DNA from: Hydrogenophaga sp.
Lineage (GTDB): Bacteria; Pseudomonadota; Gammaproteobacteria; Burkholderiales; Burkholderiaceae_C
DNA length: 64,000 bases
NCBI RefSeq assembly: GCF_041913525.1
Contig: NZ_JAYSFD010000002.1
Span: forward strand, 5,186-69,185
Direction: 5' to 3'
In this document: in pieces, positions 1 through 9,486 of the stretch
Layout: each line of letters opens with the position of its first letter
Position numbering within the stretch: the stretch's first letter is position 1
Program-made: the position numbers and the translations under genes
The notes under the pieces: model-generated
What the model saw: the letters and a program-made list of their open reading frames with translations, nothing else
Database searches by the model: none
Told to the model about the DNA's origin: nothing

Positions 1-1
1 C

Positions 2-127
2 GTGCGCCTGACGCACACCCTGGCGCGCGAACTGCGCCGCAGCGGCCAGCGCTATGGCATCTCCAGCGCCTGTGTGGGCGGTGGCCAAGGCATTGCCCTG
101 CTGATCGAAAACCCCGCCGCGGCCTGA
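2..127 (+). CDS. 3' end of acetyl-CoA C-acyltransferase (thiolase), partial
   Basis: The frame is open from the window edge and ends ...[30 protein letters not shown] is the C-terminal thiolase active-site signature. Confidence 0.85.
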   Translation: MRLTHTLARELRRSGQRYGISSACVGGGQGIALLIENPAAA

Positions 128-153
128 GCCGCGGCGCCAGAGAAAGACAAGCC

Positions 154-918
154 ATGAACATTCAAGGACAAGCGGCCCTGGTCACCGGTGGTGGTTCGGG
201 TCTGGGCGAAGCCACCGCCCGCGAACTCGCCCGCCTGGGCGCCAAGGTGGCCGTGCTCGACGTGAACCTGGCCAACGCGCAGCGCGTGGCCGGCGAGATC
301 GGCGGCCAGGCCTTCCAGTGCGACGTGACCCAGCCCGAGAGCGTGCAGGCCGCCATCGACGGCGCGGCCGCCGTGCATGGCCCGGCGCGCATCCTGATGC
401 AGATCGCCGGCATTGGCACCGCCAAGCGCGTGATCGGCAAAGACGGCTCGCCCGCGCCGCTGGACGACTTCGTGCGCGTGGTGCAGGTGAACCTGATCGG
501 CACCTACAACGTGGCGCGCCTCTTCGCCGCCGCCTGCGCCAAGCTGGAGCCCACGCCCCAGGGCGACAAGGGCGTGATGGTGTTCACCGCCTCGGTGGCC
601 GCCTTTGACGGCCAGGTCGGCCAGCAGGCCTACAGCGCTTCCAAGGGCGGCGTGGTCGGCATGACCCTGCCCATGGCGCGCGACCTGGCGCAACACGGCA
701 TTCGCGTGTGCACCATCGCCCCCGGCCTGTTCGCCACCCCGCTCATGAAGACCCTGCCCGAGCCGGTGCAGGCCTCGCTGGCGGCCAGCATTCCCTTCCC
801 GCCGCGCCTGGGCGAGCCCAGCGAGTTCGCCGAGCTGGCCTGCCACATCGTCAGCAACGGCCACCTCAATGGCGAGGTGATCCGCCTGGACGGCGCGCTG
901 CGCATGAGCCCTCGCTGA
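154..918 (+). CDS. Short-chain (SDR) 3-hydroxyacyl-CoA dehydrogenase, HSD17B10/FadB2-like
   Basis: 254-aa ORF with a TGGGSGLG Rossmann motif and the YSASK catalytic motif. It lies 26 nt after the thiolase. Confidence 0.9.
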   Translation: MNIQGQAALVTGGGSGLGEATARELARLGAKVAVLDVNLANAQRVAGEIGGQAFQCDVTQPESVQAAIDGAAAVHGPARILMQIAGIGTAKRVIGKDGSPAPLDDFVRVVQVNLIGTYNVARLFAAACAKLEPTPQGDKGVMVFTASVAAFDGQVGQQAYSASKGGVVGMTLPMARDLAQHGIRVCTIAPGLFATPLMKTLPEPVQASLAASIPFPPRLGEPSEFAELACHIVSNGHLNGEVIRLDGALRMSPR

Positions 919-930
919 GCGGAGCCCACC

Positions 931-1350
931 ATGAGCAAAACCGTTGTGTACGAGGTGGAGGTGATGTTCGGCGACTGCGACCCCGCCGGCATCGTCTTCT
1001 TCCCCAACTTCAGCAAGTGGATGGACGCCGCCTCGCTGAACTTCTTCGTCAAGAACGGCGTGCCGCCCTGGCGCGAGCTGGTCAAGACGCGCGGCATCGT
1101 CGGCACGCCCCTGCTGGAGATCCACACCAAGTTCATGCGCCCGGCCACCTATGGCGAGCGCCTGCAGGTGCACACCAGCGTGACCGAGTGGCGTGAGAAG
1201 GTGTTCATCCACCGCCACGTGGTGATGCGCGGCGACGAGGTACTGTGCGAAGGCACCGAGACCCGTGCTTTCGTGGTGCACCCGCCCGAGAACCCCGACC
1301 GCATCAAAGCCATCCCCATTCCCGAAGACATCAAGGCCTTGTGCCAGTGA
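931..1350 (+). CDS. Hotdog-fold acyl-CoA thioesterase (4HBT/YbgC family)
   Basis: 139 aa. VMFGDCDPAGIVFFPNF matches the 4HBT-type active-site region. It sits in the beta-oxidation context. Confidence 0.85.
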   Translation: MSKTVVYEVEVMFGDCDPAGIVFFPNFSKWMDAASLNFFVKNGVPPWRELVKTRGIVGTPLLEIHTKFMRPATYGERLQVHTSVTEWREKVFIHRHVVMRGDEVLCEGTETRAFVVHPPENPDRIKAIPIPEDIKALCQ

Positions 1351-1420
1351 GGTCCGAGAAAACGATCAAGACCGCGCAGACGGTTCCTTTCTTTCCTTTC
1401 ATTTTTTCCAGGAGACTTGC

Positions 1421-2410
1421 ATGACCACCCGCCGCCAATTCGCCCAATCGGTGCTCGGCACCGCTGCCCTGGCCAGCCTTGGCCTGCCGCTGAGCGCCCG
1501 TGCCCAGGCGCAGAGCTTTGACACCGCCAGCATCCTGGTGGGCTTCCCGCCCGGGGGCACCACCGATGCGCTGTCGCGCCGCATCGCCGACAAGCTGCGT
1601 GGTGGTTACGCCGCCAACGTGCTGGTGGACAACCGCCCCGGCGCGGGCGGTCAGATCGCCATCACCAACCTGAAGAATTCCAACCCCGATGGCCGCACCC
1701 TGCTGCTGACGCCCTCGTCCATGCTGTCGGTGTACCCCTTCACCTACAGCAAGCTGCCCTACACCCTGGACGACGTGGCCCCCGTGTCGGTGGCCTGCTT
1801 CTTCAGCCTGGGCTTCGGCGTGGGCCCGGCCGTGCCGGCCAGCATCAAGACCGTCAAGGAATTCCTGGCCTGGGCCAAGGCCAACCCCGAGAAGGCCACC
1901 TACGGCTCGCCCGCTCCTGGCTCCATCCCGCACCTGACCGCCGCGCTGCTGGCCAAGACCACCAAGACCGACCTGCGCCACGTGGCTTACCGCGGCTCGG
2001 CCCCGGCCATCAATGACCTGCTGGGCGGCCAGATCTCGGCCATGTGCTCGCCCGTGGGCGACTACCTGCCCCACCTCAAGAGCGGCCGCCTGCGCCTGCT
2101 GGCCACCAGCGGCCCCGAGCGCGCGCCTTTCACGCCCGACGTGCCCACCCTGAAAGAGCAGGGCTACAACATCGCCGTGCGCGAGTGGTATGGCTTCTTC
2201 CTGCCGGGCAAGGCCTCGGCCGAGACCCGCCGCCGCGCCGCCGCCTACCTGAAGCCCGCCCTGGCCAGCCAGGACGTGATCGACAGCCTGGCACAAGTGG
2301 GCATGGAAGTGCGTTCTTCCACGCCCGATGAACTGGCCGCCTGGCTCAAGGCCGACGCCGAGCAGTGGCGCGGCATCGTGAAGGAAATCGGCTTCTCCGC
2401 CGACAGCTGA
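1421..2410 (+). CDS. Bug/TctC-family periplasmic tripartite tricarboxylate transporter substrate-binding protein
   Basis: Start trimmed to ATG 1421 (MTTRRQFAQSVLGTAALASLGLPLSARAQA, a Tat-like signal). The rest is a typical Bug-family sequence (GFPPGGTTD...). Confidence 0.9.
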   Translation: MTTRRQFAQSVLGTAALASLGLPLSARAQAQSFDTASILVGFPPGGTTDALSRRIADKLRGGYAANVLVDNRPGAGGQIAITNLKNSNPDGRTLLLTPSSMLSVYPFTYSKLPYTLDDVAPVSVACFFSLGFGVGPAVPASIKTVKEFLAWAKANPEKATYGSPAPGSIPHLTAALLAKTTKTDLRHVAYRGSAPAINDLLGGQISAMCSPVGDYLPHLKSGRLRLLATSGPERAPFTPDVPTLKEQGYNIAVREWYGFFLPGKASAETRRRAAAYLKPALASQDVIDSLAQVGMEVRSSTPDELAAWLKADAEQWRGIVKEIGFSADS

Positions 2411-2421
2411 TTGCCTGGACA

Positions 2422-2459
2422 GCGCCCCGGGCCGCTTCGGCCCGGTGGCGCTTTTTTTT
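2422..2459 (+). terminator. Rho-independent terminator after the Bug gene
   Basis: GC-rich hairpin gcgccccgggccg-cttc-ggcccggtggcgc followed by T8. Confidence 0.8.
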
Positions 2460-2483
2460 CGACCGTTTTCGACCCCACCCGCC

Positions 2484-4172
2484 ATGAACGACTACCGCCC
2501 CGTCGCGGCCGACGCCGCCACCCTGTTGCTCGATGTGTTGCAGGCCCCGCAAATCCTGGCCGAACTGCCGGCCCTGGCCGAGCACGCCGACGCCGACCTG
2601 ATGCGCGAGGTGCTGGAGCAGGCGGGCAAGTTCGTGGGCGAGGTGGTGGCCCCGCTCAACCGCACCGGTGACGAGATCGGCGCGCGCTGGGCCAATGGCA
2701 ACGTGACCATGCCGCCCGGTTTTCGCGATGCCTACCAGGCCTTCTGGCAGGCCGGCTGGCCCGCGCTCTCGGCCGACCCGGCCGACGGCGGCCAGGGCCT
2801 GCCCGCCGTGCTGGAGATGATCCTGTACGAATGGCTCAGCGCGGCCAACCACGGCTGGACCATGGCCCCCGGCATCCTGCACGGCGCTTACGAGTGCGTG
2901 AAGCACCACGGCAGCGAGGAGCTGCGGGCGCAGTACCTGCCCAAGCTCGCCACCGGTGAGTGGCTGTCCACCATGTGCCTGACCGAGCCGCACGCCGGCA
3001 GCGACCTGGGCCTGGCGCGCACCAAGGCCGTGCCGCAGGCCGACGGCAGCTACCGCATCAGCGGCACCAAGATCTTCATCTCCGGCGGTGACCACGACCT
3101 CACCGACAACATCGTGCACCTGGTGCTGGCGCGCCTGCCCGACAGCCCGCCTGGCCCCAAGGGCCTGTCGCTGTTCCTGGTGCCCAAGTTCTATCCCGAC
3201 GGCAGCCGCAGCGCCGCCGTGTGCGAGCGCATCGAAGAAAAAATGGGCCTGCACGGCAGCCCCACCTGCGTGATGCGCTTTGACGAGGCCACCGGCTGGA
3301 TCGTGGGCGAGCCCGGCAAGGGCCTGAACGCCATGTTCCTCATGATGAACGCGGCCCGCCTGCACGTGGCCCTGCAAGGCGTGGGCCTGCTCGACGCCGC
3401 CTGGCAGAAGGCCAGCGCCTACGCGCAAGACCGCCGCCAGATGCGCGCCCCCGGCCCGCGCGACGCCTCGCAGCCGGCCGACCCCATCATCCAGCACCCC
3501 GCCGTGCAGCGCCTGCTGGACACCCAGCGCGCCTGGATCGACGCCGGCCGCGTGCTGGCCTACCGCACCGCGCTCGAACTCGACGTGGGCCGCCACCACC
3601 CCGACGCCGCGCGGCGCGAGCGCGCGCAACAGTGGTGCGCCCTGTTCACCCCGGTGCTCAAGGCCAGCTGGACCGACCAGGCCTTCCACGGCGCCAGCGA
3701 CTGCCTGCAGGTCTTCGGTGGCCACGGCTACGTGCGCGAGTGGGGCATCGAGCAGGTGGTGCGCGACTCGCGCGTGGCCATGATTTACGAAGGCACCAAC
3801 GAAATCCAGGCGCAAGACCTGCTGTTCCGCAAGGTGCTGAGCGACCGTGGCGTGGGCCTGCTGCGCCTGCTGGACGAGCTGCAGGCCGATCTGGCGCCCC
3901 TGAGCGGCGACGCCGCCGCCCGCGCCCTGGACGGCGTGGCCCGCCTGCGTGGACTGGTGCAGTCGCTGCCCGAGGCGCAGGCCCCGGCCGCGCAAGCCCT
4001 GTACCCGGTGGCCGGCGATTTCCTGCGCGCCACCACCATTGCGCTCATGGCCTGGGCCTGGGCGCGCCTGCAGGCCAGTGGCGGCGATGCCCGCAGCGCC
4101 ACCGCCTTTGCCCGCTGGGTGTGGCCCGAGCTTGACTGGCGCTGCCGCATGGTCGAGCAGGCCCTGGCCTGA
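2484..4172 (+). CDS. Long acyl-CoA dehydrogenase (FadE/AidB-like, with C-terminal extension)
   Basis: Start at ATG 2484 (MNDYRPV). 562 aa with ACAD motifs ([18 protein letters not shown]). Confidence 0.9.
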   Translation: MNDYRPVAADAATLLLDVLQAPQILAELPALAEHADADLMREVLEQAGKFVGEVVAPLNRTGDEIGARWANGNVTMPPGFRDAYQAFWQAGWPALSADPADGGQGLPAVLEMILYEWLSAANHGWTMAPGILHGAYECVKHHGSEELRAQYLPKLATGEWLSTMCLTEPHAGSDLGLARTKAVPQADGSYRISGTKIFISGGDHDLTDNIVHLVLARLPDSPPGPKGLSLFLVPKFYPDGSRSAAVCERIEEKMGLHGSPTCVMRFDEATGWIVGEPGKGLNAMFLMMNAARLHVALQGVGLLDAAWQKASAYAQDRRQMRAPGPRDASQPADPIIQHPAVQRLLDTQRAWIDAGRVLAYRTALELDVGRHHPDAARRERAQQWCALFTPVLKASWTDQAFHGASDCLQVFGGHGYVREWGIEQVVRDSRVAMIYEGTNEIQAQDLLFRKVLSDRGVGLLRLLDELQADLAPLSGDAAARALDGVARLRGLVQSLPEAQAPAAQALYPVAGDFLRATTIALMAWAWARLQASGGDARSATAFARWVWPELDWRCRMVEQALA

Positions 4173-4792
4173 TGGCCGCGCGGGCCTGGTTGTCCCGGGC
4201 GGCAAAGGGCGCGGGGCAGGGCGGGCTTAACATGCCGGCTTCCCAGCCTGTTGTCACGCCCATGCCCGCGAAGTCACCTGCGTCCTCCCCGGCCCCTGGC
4301 GGCGTTCGTCGCCGTGCCCCTCGCGCCGCCGCCAAGCCCGTGCCCGAAGCGGTGGACACGGTGGACGTGTCCGCGCTGGAACGGCTGATTGGCTACAACG
4401 CACGCCGCGCGGCCCTCACCGTGATCGCCTCGATGGTGGACAGCGTCAAGCCCTTTGACTTGCGCGGCCCGCTCGACTTCTCGGTGCTCACGCTCATTGG
4501 CCACAACCCGGGCGTGACCTCGCGCCAGTTGTGCAGCGTGCTCGACATCCTGCCGCCCAACTTGGTGGGCATCATCAAGCAGCTCGAATCGCGTGGCCTG
4601 GTCGAGCGCCTGGTGCACCCCACCGACGGCCGTGCCCAAGGCCTCTACCTCACGGCCGCCGGCCAGGCCCTCACCGACGAGGCCGAGGCCACCGTGATCG
4701 CCGCCGAAGACCGCGCCTCCGGCCGGCTCACCGATGCCGAGCGGCGCACCCTCACCACGCTCTTGCAAAAGATCTACCGCCGCGCCGACTGA
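4172..4792 (+). CDS. MarR-family transcriptional regulator
   Basis: Winged-helix region TSRQLCSVLDILPPNLVGIIKQLESRGLVERLVHPTDGRAQGLYLT. The ATG overlaps the ACAD stop (TGATG). The Pro/Ala-rich N-terminus means the true start could be ATG 4232. Confidence 0.8.
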   Translation: MAARAWLSRAAKGAGQGGLNMPASQPVVTPMPAKSPASSPAPGGVRRRAPRAAAKPVPEAVDTVDVSALERLIGYNARRAALTVIASMVDSVKPFDLRGPLDFSVLTLIGHNPGVTSRQLCSVLDILPPNLVGIIKQLESRGLVERLVHPTDGRAQGLYLTAAGQALTDEAEATVIAAEDRASGRLTDAERRTLTTLLQKIYRRAD

Positions 4793-4807
4793 GGGCGCCC
4801 TGGCGGT

Positions 4808-5203
4808 TCAGTCCGCCACCACGCGGGCCGCGTCCAGCGTGCGCAGGCGCGCGTCGTGGTAATAGCCGCCGTATTCCGTGTAGCGCAGAAACGGCTTCTG
4901 GCAGGCCTTGCAGGCCCACACCTCGCATCGGTTGTAGGGAAAGAAGCCCAGCGCGATCGGCGCCTGCGGCGACCACTGGTCAATGCCCGGCGGGCGCTGC
5001 TCCTCCAGCGTGGGCTCGGGTGTGTCGTGCGCGGGCGACCACAGCGCGCCCAGGCACTGCAGGGCCGCGTCGCTCACGGTGGAGGGGAAAGAGTCCCAGC
5101 CAGCGCGGTCAAAGGGCTGGCAGGCGGGGCAGGGCGGCTGGTGGCCGTGTTGCTCGGCCAGGGCGCGCACCTGGGCTGCGCTCAACGGGGTAGGGCTTGT
5201 CAT
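4808..5203 (-). CDS. Hypothetical Cys-rich protein (CPAC...CEVWACKAC)
   Basis: 131-aa ORF with genome-typical codon bias. I recognise no family. The paired Cys motifs suggest a Zn-ribbon-like fold. Confidence 0.6.
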   Translation of the reverse strand: MTSPTPLSAAQVRALAEQHGHQPPCPACQPFDRAGWDSFPSTVSDAALQCLGALWSPAHDTPEPTLEEQRPPGIDQWSPQAPIALGFFPYNRCEVWACKACQKPFLRYTEYGGYYHDARLRTLDAARVVAD

Positions 5204-5235
5204 GGCCGGGCATTGTGCCCGGCCGGGTGACCGCT

Positions 5236-5853
5236 TCAGCCCGCCTGGCGCAAGGCGAAGGCGCGCTGCGCCGCCGGTCGTGCCAGGCAGCGGGCGTGCC
5301 AGGCCCGTGCATAGGGCACGGCTTCGCGGGCCATGTCGTTCAGGCGCTGCAGCACGGCGGCCACGTTCAGGTCGGCCACGGTGAAGCCATTGCCCACCAG
5401 GTAGTCGCGCGTGGCCAGGTGCTCGTCAAGCACGCGCAGGCGGGCCTGCAGCTTCTCCAGCGCCTCGTCGGCCAGGCGCGGGATGCGCTGCGCCTCGGGC
5501 AGGAAGGCGGTGTGGTGGAACCACTGGCGGGCCAGGGGCTCGGCCTCGGTGGCGGCCCACAGCGTCCATTGGCCGATGCGCGCTTCGTCGGCCACGTTGC
5601 TGGCCCACAGGCCGCCCGCGGGGCGGCTGCGCGCCAGGTGCAGGGTGATGGCCAGCGACTCGAACAGCACTAGGCCGTCGTCGTCGATGGCCGGCACTGT
5701 GCCATTGGGGTTCAGGGCCAGGTAGGGCGCCTCACGCGTCTCGGGTGCGTTGTAGTGCAGGCGGATGTGCTCGTAGGGAATGCCCAGCTCTTCCGCCGCC
5801 CACAGGGGACGGATGGCGCGCGAGGCGGCGATGCCGTAGATCTTCAGGCTCAT
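5236..5853 (-). CDS. Glutathione S-transferase
   Basis: 205 aa with an N-terminal thioredoxin-like GST domain (LNPNGTVPAIDDDGLVLFESLAI) and a C-terminal helical domain. Confidence 0.9.
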   Translation of the reverse strand: MSLKIYGIAASRAIRPLWAAEELGIPYEHIRLHYNAPETREAPYLALNPNGTVPAIDDDGLVLFESLAITLHLARSRPAGGLWASNVADEARIGQWTLWAATEAEPLARQWFHHTAFLPEAQRIPRLADEALEKLQARLRVLDEHLATRDYLVGNGFTVADLNVAAVLQRLNDMAREAVPYARAWHARCLARPAAQRAFALRQAG

Positions 5854-5889
5854 GTCGGGTCTTTCTCTGCAAAGGGGAAAACGGTGGGC

Positions 5890-7362
5890 TCAGCAGGCCA
5901 GGGCCATGCCGTCCTTGCGGCGGTCCGATCCGCCAATGAGGCGGCCGTCCGGGGCGCGCATCACCACCTGGGCACCGCCAAAGTCGCTGCGCCCGCCCAG
6001 TTCGCCCTGGCCTGTGGGCTCGGTGTAGCCGGCGGCCCGCAGGGCCTGTTCGATGGCAGGTGGCGTGCCGGCCTCGATGGCCAGGGCGCGCTCGCCTTCC
6101 AGGCGCCAGCGTGGCGCGTCGATGGCGGCCTGCAGCGGCTCGCCCCAGGCCGCCACGCGGGTGAGGATCTGCACATGGCCCTGCGGCTGCATGGCGCCGC
6201 CCACCACGCCGAAGCCAGCGTGGAACACGCCGCCCCGCAGGGCCGCGCCGGGCACCACCGTGTGGTACGGCCGCTTGCCGGGCCCGGGGCCGTTGAGGTG
6301 ACCCGGCTCCGAGAAACCGAAGCCCCGGTTCTGCAGCACAAAGCCGCAACCGGGCACGCCAATGCCTGAGCCAAAGCGCTTGAAGACGCTGCTCATCAGG
6401 GTGATGGCCAGGCCATCGCTGTCCACCACCACGGTGCACACCGTGTTGCCGGCGGGGTCGGCCACCACCTTCTTGGCGTGGGCCATGGCCTCGCCCATGC
6501 GGTCCACCATGGCCACGGTGGTGAGCGGGTCGTGCGGGTCAAGGTCAAGCGCGTCCAGTGCCTGCAGTGTGTGCAGCACGGCCAGGCCGTGGGTGTTGGG
6601 TGGGCACTCCAGCACTTCCAGGCCTCGGAAGTTGGCGCGCAGCGGCGCAGCGAAGTGGCCTGTGTGCCGGGCAAAGTCTTGCGCCTTCAAGACGCCGCCC
6701 AGTGTGTCGCTGGCGCGCTCGGCCGCGCGCGCGGGCTCGCCCAGGTAGAAGGCATCGGGCCCCTCGTTGGCCACCGCCTGCAGCACCGCGCCCAGTTCGG
6801 GGTTGGCGAAGCGCTCGCCAGCGCTGGGAACGGCGTGGGCGCGGTAGAGCGCGGCGGCCACCGGGTCGCGGGCGATCACGGGCTGGAACAGGGCCCATTC
6901 GCGCGCCGCCACGGGCGCCACGGGGAAGCCTTGGTTGGCCACGCGAATGGCGTCTTGAAACAGCCGCTGCCAGGGCAGGCGCCCATGTCGCTGGTGCAGG
7001 TCGTGCCAGCCTCGCACCACGCCGGGCACGGTGGCGGTGAGCATGTGGCGCTCGGGCAGCTTGCCGCGCGGGAAGGCGCTCACCAGTGAAGGCAGCAAGT
7101 CTTGCGGCGAGCGGCCGGTGCCGTTGTAGGCCTGGGGCTCGGCCCCGGGCGGCACCACCATGGCCAGCAGGTCACCGCCAATGCCGGTGGCCATGGGCTC
7201 CACCACGCCCAGCACCGCGTCGGCCGCGATGGCCGCGTCCACCGCGCTGCCGCCTTCGGCCAGCGCGCTGGCGGCCGCCTCGGCGGCCAGGGGGTGGCCG
7301 GTGGCCACCATGGCCCGTTCACCGATGACGCAGGGGGAAGTGGAAGGGGTAGGGGGCGGCAT
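5890..7362 (-). CDS. ggt: Gamma-glutamyltransferase family protein, no signal peptide
   Basis: Start trimmed to ATG 7362 (MPPPTPSTS...). 490 aa with GGT motifs (ATGIGGDL, NTVCTVVVD autoprocessing-Thr region, GGSDRRKDG). The upstream part of the 634-aa ORF crosses low-GC non-coding DNA. Confidence 0.85.
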   Translation of the reverse strand: MPPPTPSTSPCVIGERAMVATGHPLAAEAAASALAEGGSAVDAAIAADAVLGVVEPMATGIGGDLLAMVVPPGAEPQAYNGTGRSPQDLLPSLVSAFPRGKLPERHMLTATVPGVVRGWHDLHQRHGRLPWQRLFQDAIRVANQGFPVAPVAAREWALFQPVIARDPVAAALYRAHAVPSAGERFANPELGAVLQAVANEGPDAFYLGEPARAAERASDTLGGVLKAQDFARHTGHFAAPLRANFRGLEVLECPPNTHGLAVLHTLQALDALDLDPHDPLTTVAMVDRMGEAMAHAKKVVADPAGNTVCTVVVDSDGLAITLMSSVFKRFGSGIGVPGCGFVLQNRGFGFSEPGHLNGPGPGKRPYHTVVPGAALRGGVFHAGFGVVGGAMQPQGHVQILTRVAAWGEPLQAAIDAPRWRLEGERALAIEAGTPPAIEQALRAAGYTEPTGQGELGGRSDFGGAQVVMRAPDGRLIGGSDRRKDGMALAC

Positions 7363-7394
7363 GGGCGGGCTCCTGGAGAATGATGGGTGATTAT

Positions 7395-7407
7395 GAATAC
7401 AGTATAC
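7395..7407. promoter_or_regulatory. GTATAC-N-GTATAC-type palindrome, copy A1 (GAATAC A GTATAC)
   Basis: One mismatch to the 13-bp palindrome. It lies 33 nt upstream of the ggt start codon. Confidence 0.6.
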
Positions 7408-7420
7408 CGATTGAGCCGAT

Positions 7421-7462
7421 TCGATGGCGGTGAGTCGATGGCGGTGAGTCGATGGCGGGTGC
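7421..7462. repeat. 14-bp direct tandem repeat x2.9 (TCGATGGCGGTGAG)
   Basis: Units at 7421-7434 and 7435-7448 are identical. The unit at 7449-7462 is degenerate. Confidence 0.9.
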
Positions 7463-7503
7463 TGCCAAGCCACTTTCAACCGGTTCGGCGAGGGATTTTG
7501 GGT

Positions 7504-7519
7504 TGGCACGCTCCGTGCT
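7504..7519 (+). promoter_or_regulatory. Possible sigma-54 (-24/-12) promoter TGGCACG-N5-TGCT
   Basis: TGGCACGCTCCGTGCTT has GG and GC at the canonical 10-nt spacing. It faces the permease gene about 385 nt downstream. No enhancer-binding protein is present in the window. Confidence 0.35.
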
Positions 7520-7539
7520 TGATATCGGCTTGTGCATCG

Positions 7540-7552
7540 GTATACCGTATAC
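7540..7552. promoter_or_regulatory. GTATAC-N-GTATAC palindrome, copy A2 (perfect)
   Basis: GTATAC C GTATAC in the ggt/permease intergenic region. Confidence 0.7.
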
Positions 7553-7671
7553 ATGGTTAGCCAAAAGGTGCACAGGGAGTGGAAGCCGAAGAGAGGATGG
7601 TCTCCAGAGTGAAGAAATCGAATGCTTTGGCGTTCGACTTTGCATGGGAAAACCCTGAGCCTCTTCAAACT

Positions 7672-7684
7672 GTATGTTGTATAC
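7672..7684. promoter_or_regulatory. GTATAC-N-GTATAC-type palindrome, copy A3 (GTATGT T GTATAC)
   Basis: One mismatch. Located in the same intergenic region. Confidence 0.6.
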
Positions 7685-7705
7685 GATTCGGTGCGCAGGG
7701 ACGGA

Positions 7706-7723
7706 GGAAGCCCCAAAAAGGGG
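7706..7723 (+). promoter_or_regulatory. Shared leader element GGAAGCCCCAAAAAGGGG
   Basis: Near-identical to 15027-15045 (GGAAAGCCCCCAAAAGGCC). Both copies lie next to GTATAC palindromes and face the downstream + strand gene. Confidence 0.45.
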
Positions 7724-7903
7724 AAAGCGCACCCAAGTGGTGAATGCAGGAGAAGCGCCAGCGGGCGGATGGTCAGCGATCCGCCCGTTGCCAAACGAAG
7801 TGAAGTGAGGGAAAGCGCCGCGCCCGGTCAGGCATGACGGGGCGAGGTGACATCGCAACAGCGGGCCGGCCCACGACGGCTCATACCAATTTGATAGGTC
7901 AAC

Positions 7904-9430
7904 ATGGATTCCAACGTAACACTGACAGCTGCGCACTGGATGTACCTGATCGGGGTCATCAGCATCATCGTCACGATGATGTTCCGCGCCAACGTGCTGG
8001 TGCCGTCGATTGCCGCCACTTTTCTGGTGGCCTTCGCCTGGACCGGCAGCCCCATCGGGGCATTGGGCAGCATTTACAGCGCCAGCCTGGTGGCGGCCAA
8101 GGAGTTATTCAACATCTTCCTGGTCATTGCCTTGATGACGGCGCTGCTCAACAGCCTGAAGGACCTGAAGTCCGACATCCTGATGGTGCGGCCCTTCCGC
8201 GTGCTCATGAAGAACGGCACGGTGTCTTACCTGCTGCTGGGCCTGATCACCTACCTGATCTCGCTGTTCTTCTGGCCCACCCCGGCCGTGCCGCTGGTGT
8301 GCGCCGTGTTGTTGCCCGCCGCCATTGCCGCCGGCCTGCCCCCGCTGGTGGGCGCCGCTGCCGTGGCCATTGCCGGTCAGGGCATGGCGCTGTCGTCTGA
8401 CTACGTGATCGGCGTGGCGCCCATGATCAGCGCCAAGGCCGCCGGTGCCTCGGCCGCCGTGATTGGTGACCGCGCCCTGGTGCTGTCGCTCATCACTGGT
8501 GCCGTGGCCCTGCTGCTGGTGTACCTGTTCCAGCGCCGCACCTTCCAGCCGGCCAACCCGCTGCTGCTCAAGCGCTGGCAGGCCCTGGCCACCACGGGCG
8601 AACTGGTGAGCCACGAAGGCACCGCGCACAAGGCGGAAATCGCCCAAGGCACCAGCCACGAAGAAGACCTGTCCACCAACCAGAACATCGAACGCGAGCT
8701 GGCCTCGCTGCCGCCCGAGCAGGCCAAGTGGTCGCGCGTGTTCGCCCTGGTGACCCCGCTGGTGTTCCTGGTGATCGTGGTGCTGATGGCACTGCCCAAG
8801 TTCGGCGTGCCGCTGGGCGACCTCAAGGGTGGGGCGGCTGCCTCGCTGGTGGGCGGCGCTGCCGGCCTGCTGATGATCTTCGCCACCCTGGCCATGAAGG
8901 GCTCCAAGGGCATGCTGGAAGCCAGCGCCGACCACATCACCGAGGGTTTTGTGTTCGCCTTCCGCGCCATGGGTTCGGTGCTGCCGATCGCGGGCTTCTT
9001 CTTCCTGGGTGCCAGCGAATCCGCTGCCGCCATCTTTGGCACCGCCGCCAACCAGACGCCCAGTTTCCTGTTTGAGCTGGTGGCCGGCGCGCAGGACTGG
9101 ATTCCCCACAGCAAGGTTTTCGTGGCCTTCGGTCTGCTGATCGTGGGCATGGTCACCGGCATCGACGGTTCGGGCTTCTCTGGCCTGCCGCTGACCGGCG
9201 CACTGGCGGGCGCCATGGGCCCCGTCTCGAACATGGACTCAGCCACCCTGGCCGCGATCGGTCAGATGGGGGCCATCTGGACCGGGGGTGGGACGTTGAT
9301 TGCGTGGTCTTCGCTGATCGCCGTGGCCGGGTTCGCCCGTGTCTCGGTGACCGATCTGGTGAGGGCCTTGACGCTACCGGTATTGCTGGGCCTGAGCGCG
9401 GCCACCTTGGCCGCCGTGGTGATCTTCTGA
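7904..9430 (+). CDS. Polytopic membrane permease, IT-superfamily-like (NhaC/GntP/DcuC-type two-half architecture)
   Basis: 508 aa. Two hydrophobic halves are separated by a charged loop (HEGTAHKAEIAQGTSHEEDLSTNQNIERE). The exact family is not resolved by eye. Confidence 0.75.
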   Translation: MDSNVTLTAAHWMYLIGVISIIVTMMFRANVLVPSIAATFLVAFAWTGSPIGALGSIYSASLVAAKELFNIFLVIALMTALLNSLKDLKSDILMVRPFRVLMKNGTVSYLLLGLITYLISLFFWPTPAVPLVCAVLLPAAIAAGLPPLVGAAAVAIAGQGMALSSDYVIGVAPMISAKAAGASAAVIGDRALVLSLITGAVALLLVYLFQRRTFQPANPLLLKRWQALATTGELVSHEGTAHKAEIAQGTSHEEDLSTNQNIERELASLPPEQAKWSRVFALVTPLVFLVIVVLMALPKFGVPLGDLKGGAAASLVGGAAGLLMIFATLAMKGSKGMLEASADHITEGFVFAFRAMGSVLPIAGFFFLGASESAAAIFGTAANQTPSFLFELVAGAQDWIPHSKVFVAFGLLIVGMVTGIDGSGFSGLPLTGALAGAMGPVSNMDSATLAAIGQMGAIWTGGGTLIAWSSLIAVAGFARVSVTDLVRALTLPVLLGLSAATLAAVVIF

Positions 9431-9486
9431 TCGCCTGAGGCCCGACCAAAAAAACTGTTCAAAAACTGTCTGAGGAACTTGAAATC

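Noticed and set aside
52-1281. Very long antisense or alternative-frame ORFs throughout the window. Examples: 52-1281 minus, 2346-4205 minus, 9262-10578 minus, 15049-17265 minus, 30502-32793 plus, 41576-43810 minus, 43557-45053 minus, 60020-61792 minus.
   Set aside because: They are typical high-GC shadow ORFs. Their translations are low-complexity Ala/Gly/Arg/His/Pro-rich strings, they overlap strongly supported genes on the other strand or frame, and they carry no recognisable motifs.
1421-2410. Orphan Bug/TctC receptor without adjacent TctAB membrane components.
   Set aside because: Orphan Bug-family receptors are massively expanded in Burkholderiales, so this is not unusual.
7421-7462. 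Tandem 14-bp repeat considered as a CRISPR-like or minisatellite array.
   Set aside because: It has only 2.9 contiguous units, no spacers and no cas genes. I kept it only as a simple tandem repeat.
7555-7903. Possible glycine-type or other riboswitch in the purine-rich leader (GGAGAA..., TCAGGCA...GAC-like strings).
   Set aside because: The conserved cores I know (CUCUGGAGAG, ACCGAAGGGGCAA) are absent. The resemblance is limited to short strings. An Infernal search would be needed to revive the idea.
7391-7936. ORFs drawn across the ggt/permease intergenic region (181 aa minus, 68 aa and 71 aa plus).
   Set aside because: Their composition and codon usage are unlike the surrounding genes. 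They have no RBS and no family resemblance, and the region reads better as regulatory or leader DNA.
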